Below are positions 26,608-36,537 of a stretch of DNA of 64,000 nucleotides, piece by piece. Each line of letters opens with the position of its first letter. The stretch's first letter is position 1. This DNA comes from a virus (Duplodnaviria > Heunggongvirae > Uroviricota > Caudoviricetes). The notes below the pieces were generated by a model, which made no database searches, was not told the origin of the DNA, and saw nothing but the letters and a program-made list of their open reading frames with translations. Where the stretch lies: the IMG/VR virus record IMGVR_UViG_3300025723_001543, positions 93,307 to 157,306 of that record; one strand, written 5' to 3'. The position numbers and the translations under genes are program-made.

Positions 26608-28350
26608 ATGCCCGTATCTGCAATATCATTATTGAATAACATTGGATTAGCATCTCCAAAAATTCAAAAAATAATACCCAATTATTCTATTTTATTCTGG
26701 CATCATACAGAAAAATGGAATGATGTAAATTCATCCATCTCATATGGCAATGATCCTAGTAATTATAATGATCCGCTAAGAATTTTTAGACAATATGATA
26801 TTGGTCAGTCAAGTATACCAGATGTGGCTGGGTTTTATTCAAATTCGAAATCTACATTATCTTTTAATTATCTCGTAAGATGTGTATCGAGCAACACTGC
26901 ATGGCCGTCTATTTGTGATATAAAATATGATGCAAATACAAATATGAAAACTACTCAAGCAACTTTATTAGATGTTGGTGGGGCTCATAATTATACATTA
27001 GTTGGTAGAACTTCACCTCCTTTAAAAAATAGTGTTGGCACTCCTTTAATTCCTAATATACCAGTTTCTTATTATAATATTGCACATGCAGGCCATCTTC
27101 ATCAAGTAGAAGGGTTATATAATTTTATAACTTCAGTAAACCCAGGAGCTACTGATTCTATCCTTTTAAATGATCAAGCTGGAAGTCATGTACCAAAATC
27201 TTTTTCAAGTTTTTTTGTTGATCCTATAATAAAAGATCCAAGTTTATTAAATATTCCAGTTACAGCTATTCCAAAAGATATAATAGTTATGTATTATGGT
27301 AATTCTACTCTTTCTCTTGATCATTATGATCCATATGATTTAAGCATGAGCGGAGATAATAATAACATAGACTACTCTGCAAATAGTTATGCTCTTCCTT
27401 TAACATTTGTGCAAACTTCTACATATCTAGAAGCTGGTAAAGTAGGAGCTAAAAATTTAATAATTGCAGCAACAGATTCAAATAGTCTTCTTACTGAACC
27501 AAGAATTCTTGCTGGTTTACAGAGCCAAGTTAATGTTGTTGGTATCAATACCCCAAATACTATAACATTTGTAGCTTCTTCTAATACAGCTGGATGGCAT
27601 GATCATGCTCCTCTTGCAAAACAATCTAGTAAATTAATATCAAGTAATCCTGCAGTAACATATAATGTTATAACTAAACCAAACGGTGGAATTGTATATC
27701 CAAATAATGTTGGAGAAAAATATCCTGATGGACCCGATCCTATAAATCACAAACATAATGTTACATACACATCAGAATTAAAATTAAAATCAGTTAAGTT
27801 AAAAGCATTTTTATCAAAAACTAGTGATGCTCCAATTACAAAAGGATTGATAATTGGATACAGTATTGGCAAATATTCAAAATATTCTGGTATTAGTACA
27901 GATGGAAGTAATAGTTTACCACCGGGTTGGTATTTTTGTGATGGCCAAAATGGTACACCAGATTTAAGAGGAAAATATCCTTTCTTAGATTTTACTCAAG
28001 GAACTGATGATGGTAGCACAATTAATCCTACCAAATCATCAATTTTAATAAAACAAATAAATGTAGAAACTATAAATTGGCAACATGGGCATGTCAGTGG
28101 TACTTCTACATTACCAGGATCAGCCGGAAGTATGGATGTAGGAAGTCATGCATCAAATTATGATCCTATATCAAATCCAAATAATACAACTAGACATAAT
28201 CATCCAGTTTCTGGTCAAGTTACATTTTCACAAGCAAATCCAAGTGGTCTTGGTTCAACTATACAACCAAACGCAATAGTTGGAACTTCTTTTGATTATG
28301 AACCACCAACTGTAGAAATAGCATTCATAATGTATAATGATACAATATAA
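26608..28350 (+). CDS. tail fibre / receptor-binding protein with phage tail-collar domain
   Basis: C-terminal GWYFCDGQNGTPDLRGKYPF matches the tail-collar motif (GWxxCDG...PDLRG+F). Confidence 0.55.
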   Translation: MPVSAISLLNNIGLASPKIQKIIPNYSILFWHHTEKWNDVNSSISYGNDPSNYNDPLRIFRQYDIGQSSIPDVAGFYSNSKSTLSFNYLVRCVSSNTAWPSICDIKYDANTNMKTTQATLLDVGGAHNYTLVGRTSPPLKNSVGTPLIPNIPVSYYNIAHAGHLHQVEGLYNFITSVNPGATDSILLNDQAGSHVPKSFSSFFVDPIIKDPSLLNIPVTAIPKDIIVMYYGNSTLSLDHYDPYDLSMSGDNNNIDYSANSYALPLTFVQTSTYLEAGKVGAKNLIIAATDSNSLLTEPRILAGLQSQVNVVGINTPNTITFVASSNTAGWHDHAPLAKQSSKLISSNPAVTYNVITKPNGGIVYPNNVGEKYPDGPDPINHKHNVTYTSELKLKSVKLKAFLSKTSDAPITKGLIIGYSIGKYSKYSGISTDGSNSLPPGWYFCDGQNGTPDLRGKYPFLDFTQGTDDGSTINPTKSSILIKQINVETINWQHGHVSGTSTLPGSAGSMDVGSHASNYDPISNPNNTTRHNHPVSGQVTFSQANPSGLGSTIQPNAIVGTSFDYEPPTVEIAFIMYNDTI

Positions 28351-28362
28351 TAGGAGTATAAC

Positions 28363-28986
28363 ATGATTACAGTAGATCAAATTAAAGAAATTTGTCCAAA
28401 TGCAAAACAAGATATTGCTGAAGCAATTGCAAATAACTATGACCTTCTTTCTGAATATTATGATATCAATAGTCCATTGAGACTAGCACATTTTCTTGCT
28501 CAATGTGCTCATGAATCTGGTGGGTTTAGATTAATTCAAGAAAATTTAAACTATTCTGCAGAAGGTTTAGATAAAATTTTTCCAAAGTATTTTAAAAATG
28601 CTGGTCGTGATGCAACAGAATATGCTAGAAAACCAGAAAAAATTGCAAATGTTGTTTATGCAAATCGTATGGGTAATGGGAACGAAGAATCTGGTGATGG
28701 ATATCATTTTTGTGGAAGAGGTTTAATCCAATTGACTGGTAAGAATAATTATAAATCACTTGCTGAAACTCTCGAAATGACTATTGATGAAGCAGTAGAA
28801 TATCTTCAGACAGCTGGTGGAGCATTAGAATCTGCAGCATGGTTCTGGGCAAATAATGGGTTGAATGAAATTGCAGATACAGATGATATTCTTCGTATTA
28901 CTAAGAAAGTAAATGGTGGAACTATTGGTCTTGATGATCGTACACACAATGCAAATAAATTTAAAGAAGCTCTTGGTATTGATTAA
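28363..28986 (+). CDS. glycoside hydrolase family 19 (chitinase-like) endolysin
   Basis: LAQCAHESGGF...E...GRGLIQLTGKNNY are GH19 lysozyme catalytic-region signatures. Confidence 0.8.
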   Translation: MITVDQIKEICPNAKQDIAEAIANNYDLLSEYYDINSPLRLAHFLAQCAHESGGFRLIQENLNYSAEGLDKIFPKYFKNAGRDATEYARKPEKIANVVYANRMGNGNEESGDGYHFCGRGLIQLTGKNNYKSLAETLEMTIDEAVEYLQTAGGALESAAWFWANNGLNEIADTDDILRITKKVNGGTIGLDDRTHNANKFKEALGID

Positions 28987-28991
28987 ATAAA

Positions 28992-29354
28992 ATGGGTCAA
29001 TATCCTGTAGCAAGAATAGGTGATACAAGTGACCATGGCGGTGTCATTATATCATCGGGAACAAAGTACAGAGACAGTACTGATGGTAAATTGGTTTCTA
29101 GAGTTGGAGATTATCATAGTTGTCCAATTCCCGGTCATGGTGTCACTGCAATTATTACAGGGTCTCCTAAAGTAAGATCAGAAGGTTCACTTGTTGCAGC
29201 CATAACAAGTGTAACTGGATGTGGAGCAGCAATAAACAGTGGAAGTAAAACTACTACGGTTCCTATGCAAGGTGGTGGAGCAGGAAATGAAAATGCATTT
29301 ATTCTTGATAATAATGAACATGACCAGTTGAATGGTCCATCAGTAATGGGATAA
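28992..29354 (+). CDS. PAAR-repeat spike tip protein (gp5.4-like), free-standing in the fibre module
   Basis: Three PAAR-like repeats: PVARIGDTSDHGGVIISSG / VSRVGDYHSCPIPGHGVTAIITGSPKV / VAAITSVTGCGAAINSGS. Confidence 0.8.
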   Translation: MGQYPVARIGDTSDHGGVIISSGTKYRDSTDGKLVSRVGDYHSCPIPGHGVTAIITGSPKVRSEGSLVAAITSVTGCGAAINSGSKTTTVPMQGGGAGNENAFILDNNEHDQLNGPSVMG

Positions 29355-29358
29355 AATA

Positions 29359-31530
29359 ATGAAAATTTGGGTAGTTGGTGATTATTTAAAATCACAAGAT
29401 TTGAATGCTAACTTTGCAGAACTATCTAGCAATGTAGGTTTTTTGCAAGCAAACGTAGCAACTATTAATGCTGAAATAGGTGATATATACTCAAAATTAA
29501 ATGGTATTACATCTACTTCAAACGTTTCTGGGTTGGATGCTAGATATTTTACTGGCCAATATGTAACAGGATTTAGTCATAGTTCAAACAGTATTAGTTA
29601 TGAAGCTCCATTAATATATAAACAAATACCCGATTCTAGAATCGGCAACACTGTTATTGAAGCAAATACCTATACAATAGGAATAGGTCCAATTCTTCCT
29701 CTTGATAATACTGTAATTTACACAGCATCATTTTGGAGCAGAAAAGTACAAAATGGTAGTGCAAATTCTGGTACATTATATTTTGTTATATCAAATTACG
29801 AGGCAAACTTACAAGTTATACCAGGAGATGGCGGTTATTATCATTATCCAATAGAAAATTTAGTACAAAATACAATATCAACAGCTGATGGTTGGGAAAA
29901 ATATTCTTTTAATGTTGGTCCAAATTCTGGAACAAAAGATCATTCTACAAATGCAAAATTTATAAGTCTTGGGTTTATTGTAAATTATCCAGTCGATGGA
30001 CCAACTGCATATGGAAATGACGTATTTCAATTTACAGGATTTTCATTAAAACCGGCTGGAAATAATATTATTGGTTATACAGGATCGAGTGGAACTGATC
30101 AAGGCGAACCGGGTTATAAAGGTTCGAAAGGATTTACAGGTTCTCGTGGATTAACTGGATATTTTGGTTCTACTGGATTTAAAGGTTCACAAGGAATTAG
30201 TGGCTATCAAGGTAGTGCTGGAGTACAAGGATCAGTTGGTTATATAGGAAGTGCTGGTGTTCAAGGTTCAGTTGGTTATGAAGGTTCGGCTGGTGTAAGA
30301 GGATCGACTGGATATGTTGGATCATTAGGACCGGGAGTACAAGGATCAGTTGGTTATCTTGGTTCTACAGGGTTTAAAGGGTCTGTTGGATCAGTTGGTT
30401 ATAAAGGTTCAGTCGGTGATCCCGGTGGTCCAGTTGGTTATCAAGGTTCGGCTGGTTATCAGGGGAGTTTGGGATATCAAGGATCGGCTGGTGTCCAAGG
30501 ATCAACTGGATATGTTGGATCATTAGGACCGGGAGTACAAGGATCAGTTGGATTTAAAGGGTCGGCTGGTTATCAAGGTTCTGCAGGATTTCGTGGTTCT
30601 GCTGGATACAGAGGATCGGTTGGGTATCAAAGTTCTGTTGGATATCTTGGTTCTACAGGATATCTTGGTTCAGTAGGGTATCTTGGATCGGTAGGTTATA
30701 CAGGTTCTATTGGTGATCAAGGACCACCGGGTGGAAGCACAGGTTATACAGGCTCAGTTGGATTTGTCGGATCATTAGGATATGATGGCTCACTTGGATA
30801 TACAGGTTCTAGCGGATATACAGGATCAGTAGGGTTTATCGGATCATTAGGATATGATGGCTCACTTGGATATACAGGTTCAAGAGGTGGCGGATATTTT
30901 GGTTCTACCGGATATAGCGGCTCTATTGGATTTCAAGGATCAGCTGGTTATTTTGGTTCATTTGGTTATAAAGGAAGTGTTGGTTATTCTGGATCATATG
31001 GTTATCTTGGCTCAGTAGGATATACAGGTTCTGTTGGTGCAAGAGGCGTTGATGGTTATAAAGGTTCTATAGGTATAATGGGTTCTATAGGATATCAAGG
31101 TTCAGCTGGTACTTCATATCCTCCTGCGATTGCATTTGCTGCAAAATCTGACATAGGTTCTTATGAACAAGATTATTGGATATTTGATATAGTTGTATTA
31201 AATAAAGGTAATGGGTTTGATTATTTAAGTGGTAAATTTACTGCACCAAAAACAGGATATTATTATATACATCTTTCTGGAGATGTAGATTATTATGCTG
31301 ATGGTATGATAAGAATTTATTTTGCAGTTAATGATGTAATTTATACGACTGCAAAATATATCAGTACAAAATATTCTACGCAAAATGGATGGCAAAATTT
31401 TAATATGTCAACTGTCATGTATCTACATGAAGGCGATTATATTATGCCTTACATAGAAATAGCTGGTGGTCAAAATATAGATAGTAACCCAGAAAACACT
31501 TCTTTTGATGGTTTTTTTATAGGAGAATAA
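29359..31530 (+). CDS. collagen-like fibre protein with C-terminal C1q/TNF-like globular domain (candidate whisker/fibritin analog)
   Basis: About 110 GXY triplets (res ~235-565). The C-terminus fits the C1q signature F-x5-N-x4-F-x6-F-x5-G-x-Y-x-(I)-x-(L): FDIVVLNKGNGFDYLSGKFTAPKTGYYYIHL. The gene lies two genes upstream of gp13, where T4 has wac. Confidence 0.75.
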   Translation: MKIWVVGDYLKSQDLNANFAELSSNVGFLQANVATINAEIGDIYSKLNGITSTSNVSGLDARYFTGQYVTGFSHSSNSISYEAPLIYKQIPDSRIGNTVIEANTYTIGIGPILPLDNTVIYTASFWSRKVQNGSANSGTLYFVISNYEANLQVIPGDGGYYHYPIENLVQNTISTADGWEKYSFNVGPNSGTKDHSTNAKFISLGFIVNYPVDGPTAYGNDVFQFTGFSLKPAGNNIIGYTGSSGTDQGEPGYKGSKGFTGSRGLTGYFGSTGFKGSQGISGYQGSAGVQGSVGYIGSAGVQGSVGYEGSAGVRGSTGYVGSLGPGVQGSVGYLGSTGFKGSVGSVGYKGSVGDPGGPVGYQGSAGYQGSLGYQGSAGVQGSTGYVGSLGPGVQGSVGFKGSAGYQGSAGFRGSAGYRGSVGYQSSVGYLGSTGYLGSVGYLGSVGYTGSIGDQGPPGGSTGYTGSVGFVGSLGYDGSLGYTGSSGYTGSVGFIGSLGYDGSLGYTGSRGGGYFGSTGYSGSIGFQGSAGYFGSFGYKGSVGYSGSYGYLGSVGYTGSVGARGVDGYKGSIGIMGSIGYQGSAGTSYPPAIAFAAKSDIGSYEQDYWIFDIVVLNKGNGFDYLSGKFTAPKTGYYYIHLSGDVDYYADGMIRIYFAVNDVIYTTAKYISTKYSTQNGWQNFNMSTVMYLHEGDYIMPYIEIAGGQNIDSNPENTSFDGFFIGE

Positions 31531-31531
31531 A

Positions 31532-31834
31532 ATGCAGTATACAGTAACTTATACTGAAGCGGAAGACATGGCAATGCAAAGTGTTACTGTTTCAGTAGAT
31601 TCTTGGATACAAAATATTTGTCATCAAAGATCAAAACAGGCTATGGATACTATAATCAATAATTCAATAAACAAATTTTTGGATGCTGGTATTCCTATTC
31701 CTTCTACAAGAGAAGAAATAGTTTTAACTGTTTTTGCAAATGGTTGGGAAAAAACTGGTCTTACAAAAAATACTGAATTATTAGCAAACACATATTACAT
31801 GACGCCACCACCAAGAAAAGTAGCAAACACATAA
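31532..31834 (+). CDS. hypothetical protein
   Basis: ORF, 100 aa. Confidence 0.3.
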   Translation: MQYTVTYTEAEDMAMQSVTVSVDSWIQNICHQRSKQAMDTIINNSINKFLDAGIPIPSTREEIVLTVFANGWEKTGLTKNTELLANTYYMTPPPRKVANT

Positions 31835-31857
31835 ATACTTAAAAGAGGTATTTTAAA

Positions 31858-32598
31858 ATGGCAACATTACAAACCAGAACTGATTTCAAAGAATATTGTC
31901 TCAGAAGACTTGGTAAACCTGTAATTGATATTAATGTTGATGACGATCAGGTCGATGATCGTGTTGATGACGCATTGAAATTTTATTGGGATTATCATTT
32001 TGATGGTACTGAAAAAATTTATTATAAACATGTTTTTACTCCTCAAGATATATCAAATGGTTATATTCCACTACCAGATAATATTATTGGAGCTGTAAAC
32101 ATATTTGATATTGGAGATTATGTTGCTACAAATAATATTTTTAATATTAGATACCAGATTGCATTGAATGATCTTTACACATTAACATATCAATCTATGG
32201 TTCCGTATTATATGGCATTTCAACAACTACAACTTTTAGAACAATTGCTCGTTGGCAAACAACCAATTCGTTATAATAGAAAAACAAATAAATTGTATAT
32301 AGACGTTGATTGGGCTAAAATTTATCCCGGTCAATATCTTGTTGTAGAAGCATATCAGGTCGTCGATCCGAATGAGTATTCATCTGTATGGAATGATAGA
32401 TGGTTACAAAAATATGCATCAGAATTAATTAAAAGACAATGGGGTAGCAATCTTACTAAATTTGTTGGAATGCAGTTGCCCGGTGGTATTCAGTTTAATG
32501 GTGAAAAAATTTATAATGATGCAGATGCTGCAGTTGAAAAATTAGAAAAAGAAGTAATAGATGGTTACAGTTTGCCCGTTGTAGATATGATAGGTTGA
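31858..32598 (+). CDS. 13: neck protein gp13
   Basis: TDFKEYCLRRLGKPVIDINVDDDQVDDRVDDALKFYWDYHFDG and C-terminal NDRWLQKYASELIKRQWG...MQLPGGIQFNGEKI match T4 gp13 ([61 protein letters not shown]...MMLPGGVTIDGQRL). Confidence 0.85.
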   Translation: MATLQTRTDFKEYCLRRLGKPVIDINVDDDQVDDRVDDALKFYWDYHFDGTEKIYYKHVFTPQDISNGYIPLPDNIIGAVNIFDIGDYVATNNIFNIRYQIALNDLYTLTYQSMVPYYMAFQQLQLLEQLLVGKQPIRYNRKTNKLYIDVDWAKIYPGQYLVVEAYQVVDPNEYSSVWNDRWLQKYASELIKRQWGSNLTKFVGMQLPGGIQFNGEKIYNDADAAVEKLEKEVIDGYSLPVVDMIG

Positions 32599-32649
32599 AA
32601 TATACTTTTTATAAATACTCTTGTATAACAATTTACAGGAGTATTAAAA

Positions 32650-33324
32650 ATGGAAAAATATGGGTTTGTTTATATCTGGTTTGATAAAAAACACAGCAGA
32701 TTTTATATAGGTTCACATTGGGGGACAGAAGATGACGGGTATATTTGTAGTTCAGCTTGGATGCTAAAAGCTTATAAAATAAGACCAGATGATTTTAAAA
32801 GAAAAATTATTAAAAAAATATTTTCAAGTAGAAAAGAACTGATGGAAGAAGAATTTCGTTATTTGAGTATGATAAAAGAATATGAGTTAAAAACTAGATA
32901 TTATAATTTAAATATTAAAGCTACTGGTCATTGGTCAACATACCCAGAAAAAGTAAAAACAATATCTGAAAAAATATCTATTCGTACCAAAGAAGCTATG
33001 GCTCGTCCTGAAATTCGTGAGAATTATCTTATTGGATTGGCAACAAGAGATAACAAATCATCTGATCCAAATGTTTGTGAAAAACGTCGTGTATCTATGA
33101 TTGGAAAAAATACAGGTAAAGATAATTCAAAAGCTAGAAGAATGGCTACAGAAGCCAATACGGGCAGACCTTTATCAGATACACACAAAGAAAAAATTAA
33201 AAGTACTACACATTTTAAAACAATAAATAGTAGTAAAATAAAATGTGTTCATTGTGATTTTGAAGGAAACATGGGCAATATTGCTAGATATCACAACGAT
33301 AAATGTAACAGAAAGATACTTTAA
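32650..33324 (+). CDS. GIY-YIG homing endonuclease (Seg/I-TevI-like) with NUMOD-like repeats and C-terminal zinc finger
   Basis: GFVYIWFDKKHSRFYIGS (GIY...YIG). C-terminal CVHCDFEGNMGNIARYHNDKC. Free-standing between gp13 and gp14. Confidence 0.75.
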   Translation: MEKYGFVYIWFDKKHSRFYIGSHWGTEDDGYICSSAWMLKAYKIRPDDFKRKIIKKIFSSRKELMEEEFRYLSMIKEYELKTRYYNLNIKATGHWSTYPEKVKTISEKISIRTKEAMARPEIRENYLIGLATRDNKSSDPNVCEKRRVSMIGKNTGKDNSKARRMATEANTGRPLSDTHKEKIKSTTHFKTINSSKIKCVHCDFEGNMGNIARYHNDKCNRKIL

Positions 33325-33884
33325 TGTTACCATTTAATTTATTCATACAATTAGATGAAGATCAGCAACAAGCATTAAAATATGCTGCTAGAGCCCATGC
33401 TGGGCAGACAAGATCAGATGGTTCTGATTATATTCGTCATCCTGAAAGAGTTGCTAAGAGTGTTATGCAGTTTAAAAAATCACATAATATTGATGCTCTT
33501 ATGAGTGCTGCGTATCTTCATGATACTATTGAAGATACTAATACTACTAAAGATGATTTAGAAAAATTGTTTGGTAGTCTAGTTGCTTCTCTTGTACAAG
33601 AGTTGACTACTGATAAAGACGATCTTGAAAAAGCTGGTGGTAAGACAGAATATTTATCTCAGAAGATGAAAAAAATGTCTAGCTATGCTTTGGTCATCAA
33701 GTTGGCAGATAGATTGGATAATGTACAAGATATCAAGTCAGCAAAGAATGCTGCATGGCGTGAGAAATATAAAAAAGAAACTCTTAGAATAATGAACTAT
33801 ATAGAGAAGGAAAGAGTTTTATCAAAGACTCATATGAAAATTATTACAGCTATACGCCATAAGCTATCGGAGTTGGATCACTAA
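33324..33884 (+). CDS. small alarmone hydrolase (RelA/SpoT-type HD-domain (p)ppGpp hydrolase, Mesh1-like)
   Basis: HAGQTRSDGSDYIRHPERVA...AAYLHDTIEDTNTTKDDLEKLFGSLVASLVQELT aligns with the SpoT hydrolase core (HEGQ.R.SGEPYI.HP..VA...AALLHDVIEDT....E....FG..VA.LV.GVT). 186 aa, no synthetase domain. Confidence 0.7.
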   Translation: MLPFNLFIQLDEDQQQALKYAARAHAGQTRSDGSDYIRHPERVAKSVMQFKKSHNIDALMSAAYLHDTIEDTNTTKDDLEKLFGSLVASLVQELTTDKDDLEKAGGKTEYLSQKMKKMSSYALVIKLADRLDNVQDIKSAKNAAWREKYKKETLRIMNYIEKERVLSKTHMKIITAIRHKLSELDH

Positions 33885-33885
33885 A

Positions 33886-35778
33886 ATGTTAATGTTTAAA
33901 CAGTTTATCAAAGAAAATGCTATTACAGGTTATAATACCCTTCTAAACGAAGAATTGAACGATGCTCAAAAAAAAGTTGTTGATTCATGGGGTGAAAACA
34001 CAAAGGCTAAGAAAATTTCTAAAGATGCAATTCCAGAAGGACAAGATAGAACATATATCCCTCTAGAACATCCAGATGACAATAAGCCAGTAGAACCTCA
34101 TCCAGATGTTAAAGCGCATCTGGAAAAGCATGGCTATAAGATAACTGATTATAAAGGTAATAAAGCAATTGAGCCTAAGTATAACAGAGAAATTCGTATT
34201 GGTAAAGCATTAGCTGCAACAGGTGCTTCAAAAGAATTAGTTAGCACATTTAACAACGATCCTAAAAGGGCTGCTTCCAATTCTGGTAAACTAGGCGTAG
34301 TTATTTCTCGTCACCCACATGATGTTGCTGGAATGTCTACTGACAGAGGTTGGCGTTCATGTATGAGTATGAGTACAACAGGAGCTAAAAAAGGTATTGG
34401 TGCTGGTAGTAATAGTCATTATCTAAAGCATGATGTTCAACAAGGAACACACGTTGCTTATCTTGTACACGAACATGACAAAGAAGCTAAACAACCTCTT
34501 GCAAGAATAGCATTGAAACCATTTCAATCGGAAGATAAAAAAGATACCATTCTCAGACCAGAAGAATCACAATATGGAACTTCTGATCATGCATTTGGAC
34601 ATACAGTAAAAAAATGGGCTGAAACAAATTTTCCTGTTAAAGATGATAAAATATACAGAAAAAATAAAAAATTATATAATGATGATCAAAAAGATGTGAT
34701 TGCCAGTCCTAATGCTTCATTAAAAAGTAAAGACCCTAATACCAGAGCCGCAGCTTTTGATAATAGTAATGTGTCACATGAACATATTACAAAAGGATTA
34801 AATGATGAACAAGCTCAAGTACAACTTGCTGCTATTCAACATCCAAATGCAACGGCAGAGCATATCACAAAAGCTTTAGGAATTGATCATATTGGAATTA
34901 GAGCAGCTGCGATTCAACATCCTAATGCAACAGCAGAACATATTACACATGTATTGCATAATGATGGTGATGATTATGTAAGAAAAGCTGCATTAAAAAA
35001 TAAAAATGCAACAGCAGAACATCTTACCCATGTATTAAATAATAAATGGGGTGAAGATAGAAATGTAAGAATTGCTGCATTACAACATCCAAAATTACCA
35101 GCAAAAGAAATTACTAAAGTTTTAAATGGTACTAGTGGTCCTGAAAAAGCATTTGCAGTATCTAATCCTAATGCAACACCAGATCATATTAATAAAGCTT
35201 TGGATGCTCACAATCATTCTGATATCAGACAAGCTGCTATTCAAAATCCTCATGTTAAATTATCATCAGAACATATAACAAAAGCATTAAATGATGTAGA
35301 CACAAGAATAAGAGGAATTGCTGTAAGAAGACCAGAAGCAACAACAGAGCATATTACAAAAGCATTAAATGATGATAAATCATTTGTCAGATCACATGCT
35401 ATTCAAAATCCTAAAGCAACTGCAGAACATATTTCTAAAGTATTAAATGATCCAAATGAAGAAGATGGTATAAAAAGATCAGCGGTAGCTCATCCAAATG
35501 CAACATCTGCACATATTTCTAAAGCATTAAATGATCCAGATGAGGCTGTAAGAAGAACAGCAATATCTAATCCAAATGCAAATGCAGAACATATTTCTAA
35601 AGCATTAAATGATCCAGATGACGTTGTAAGAAGAAAAGCAGTAAATCATCCCAATGCAACTGAGGAACATGCTTTAAAAGCATCAACAGATAAATCTTCA
35701 ATGTTCGTTCGTAATGATGCAGAACAACGTCTTGCACAGTTTAGAGTAGCAAATAAAAGAAAAAGTAAAGAGCTATAA
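33886..35778 (+). CDS. protein with unknown N-terminal domain (~300 aa) plus ~12 tandem 27-aa HEAT/PBS-lyase/LRV-like alpha repeats
   Basis: Repeats of consensus NPNATAEHI(T/S)KALNDPD..VRR.AI (e.g. HPNATSAHISKALNDPDEAVRRTAIS; NPNANAEHISKALNDPDDVVRRKAVN). Translationally coupled to the SAH gene. Confidence 0.6.
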   Translation: MLMFKQFIKENAITGYNTLLNEELNDAQKKVVDSWGENTKAKKISKDAIPEGQDRTYIPLEHPDDNKPVEPHPDVKAHLEKHGYKITDYKGNKAIEPKYNREIRIGKALAATGASKELVSTFNNDPKRAASNSGKLGVVISRHPHDVAGMSTDRGWRSCMSMSTTGAKKGIGAGSNSHYLKHDVQQGTHVAYLVHEHDKEAKQPLARIALKPFQSEDKKDTILRPEESQYGTSDHAFGHTVKKWAETNFPVKDDKIYRKNKKLYNDDQKDVIASPNASLKSKDPNTRAAAFDNSNVSHEHITKGLNDEQAQVQLAAIQHPNATAEHITKALGIDHIGIRAAAIQHPNATAEHITHVLHNDGDDYVRKAALKNKNATAEHLTHVLNNKWGEDRNVRIAALQHPKLPAKEITKVLNGTSGPEKAFAVSNPNATPDHINKALDAHNHSDIRQAAIQNPHVKLSSEHITKALNDVDTRIRGIAVRRPEATTEHITKALNDDKSFVRSHAIQNPKATAEHISKVLNDPNEEDGIKRSAVAHPNATSAHISKALNDPDEAVRRTAISNPNANAEHISKALNDPDDVVRRKAVNHPNATEEHALKASTDKSSMFVRNDAEQRLAQFRVANKRKSKEL

Positions 35779-35781
35779 ATA
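35774..35781 (+). promoter_or_regulatory. T4-type late promoter TATAAATA upstream of gp14
   Basis: Exact octamer 28 nt upstream of ATG 35809. Confidence 0.5.
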
Positions 35782-35808
35782 GTATATAAAAACAAAAGAA
35801 AGCTATAA

Positions 35809-36537
35809 ATGGCCACATCATTATATTTTAACAATTTTACTTCTGCAAGTGAACAGAACCTAATAGAGAATCTTGTCATAGAGTCTATAAAGGCTTATGG
35901 TATTAATACTTATTATGTTCCCAGAACAATTATCACCAGAGATAATGCTTTCAGAGAACAATTTGTTACTGAATATGGTGAAGGTGTAAATGTCGAAATG
36001 TATTTAAAGAACGTCAACGGATTTGCTGGTGATGGAGAATTTCTTTCTAAATTTGGTGTAGAAGTAAGAGATCAATTAACATTTTCTGTTGCCTTAAGAA
36101 TTTTTGAAAATGAAGTTGGTTCTATCTTAAGAAGAGATAGACCATTAGAAGGTGATCTTATTTGGTTTCCGTTGAACCAACATCTTTATCATATTAAATT
36201 TGTTAACAAGACACCTATTTTTTATCAAATGGGCGCAATACAAATGTATGATGTTGTATGTGAATTGTTTGAATATTCTAATGAAGTATTCAATACAGGA
36301 TTTGATACTATAGACAACATGTATAATGCTCTTTTAACAACTACTGATCCTTATGTTATTACTACAGAAAATGGTATTCCTTTATTTGATGAGAATGGAA
36401 TTGAATTGATAGAAGAACAATACGATCTTAATATGATTGACACAAATTCACAAAATGATTATTTTGAATCTCAAGGAATTGAATTTTTAGATTTCAGTGC
36501 AAAAGACCCATTTAGTGAATCAGATAGGAGAGCATAA
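35809..36537 (+). CDS. 14: neck protein gp14-like
   Basis: 242 aa between gp13 and gp15 in conserved order. Size similar to T4 gp14. Confidence 0.5.
   Translation: MATSLYFNNFTSASEQNLIENLVIESIKAYGINTYYVPRTIITRDNAFREQFVTEYGEGVNVEMYLKNVNGFAGDGEFLSKFGVEVRDQLTFSVALRIFENEVGSILRRDRPLEGDLIWFPLNQHLYHIKFVNKTPIFYQMGAIQMYDVVCELFEYSNEVFNTGFDTIDNMYNALLTTTDPYVITTENGIPLFDENGIELIEEQYDLNMIDTNSQNDYFESQGIEFLDFSAKDPFSESDRRA

Noticed and set aside
29359-31100. Highly periodic short DNA repeats (9/18-bp) in both collagen-like genes, superficially CRISPR- or satellite-like
   Set aside because: Periodicity is explained by in-frame Gly-X-Y codon triplets (GGT TAT nnn GGT TCn nnn). No spacers, no cas genes, and the repeats lie in a continuous ORF.
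34800-35700. About 81-bp tandem DNA periodicity
   Set aside because: It reflects the in-frame 27-aa protein repeats of the HEAT/LRV-like protein, not a non-coding array.
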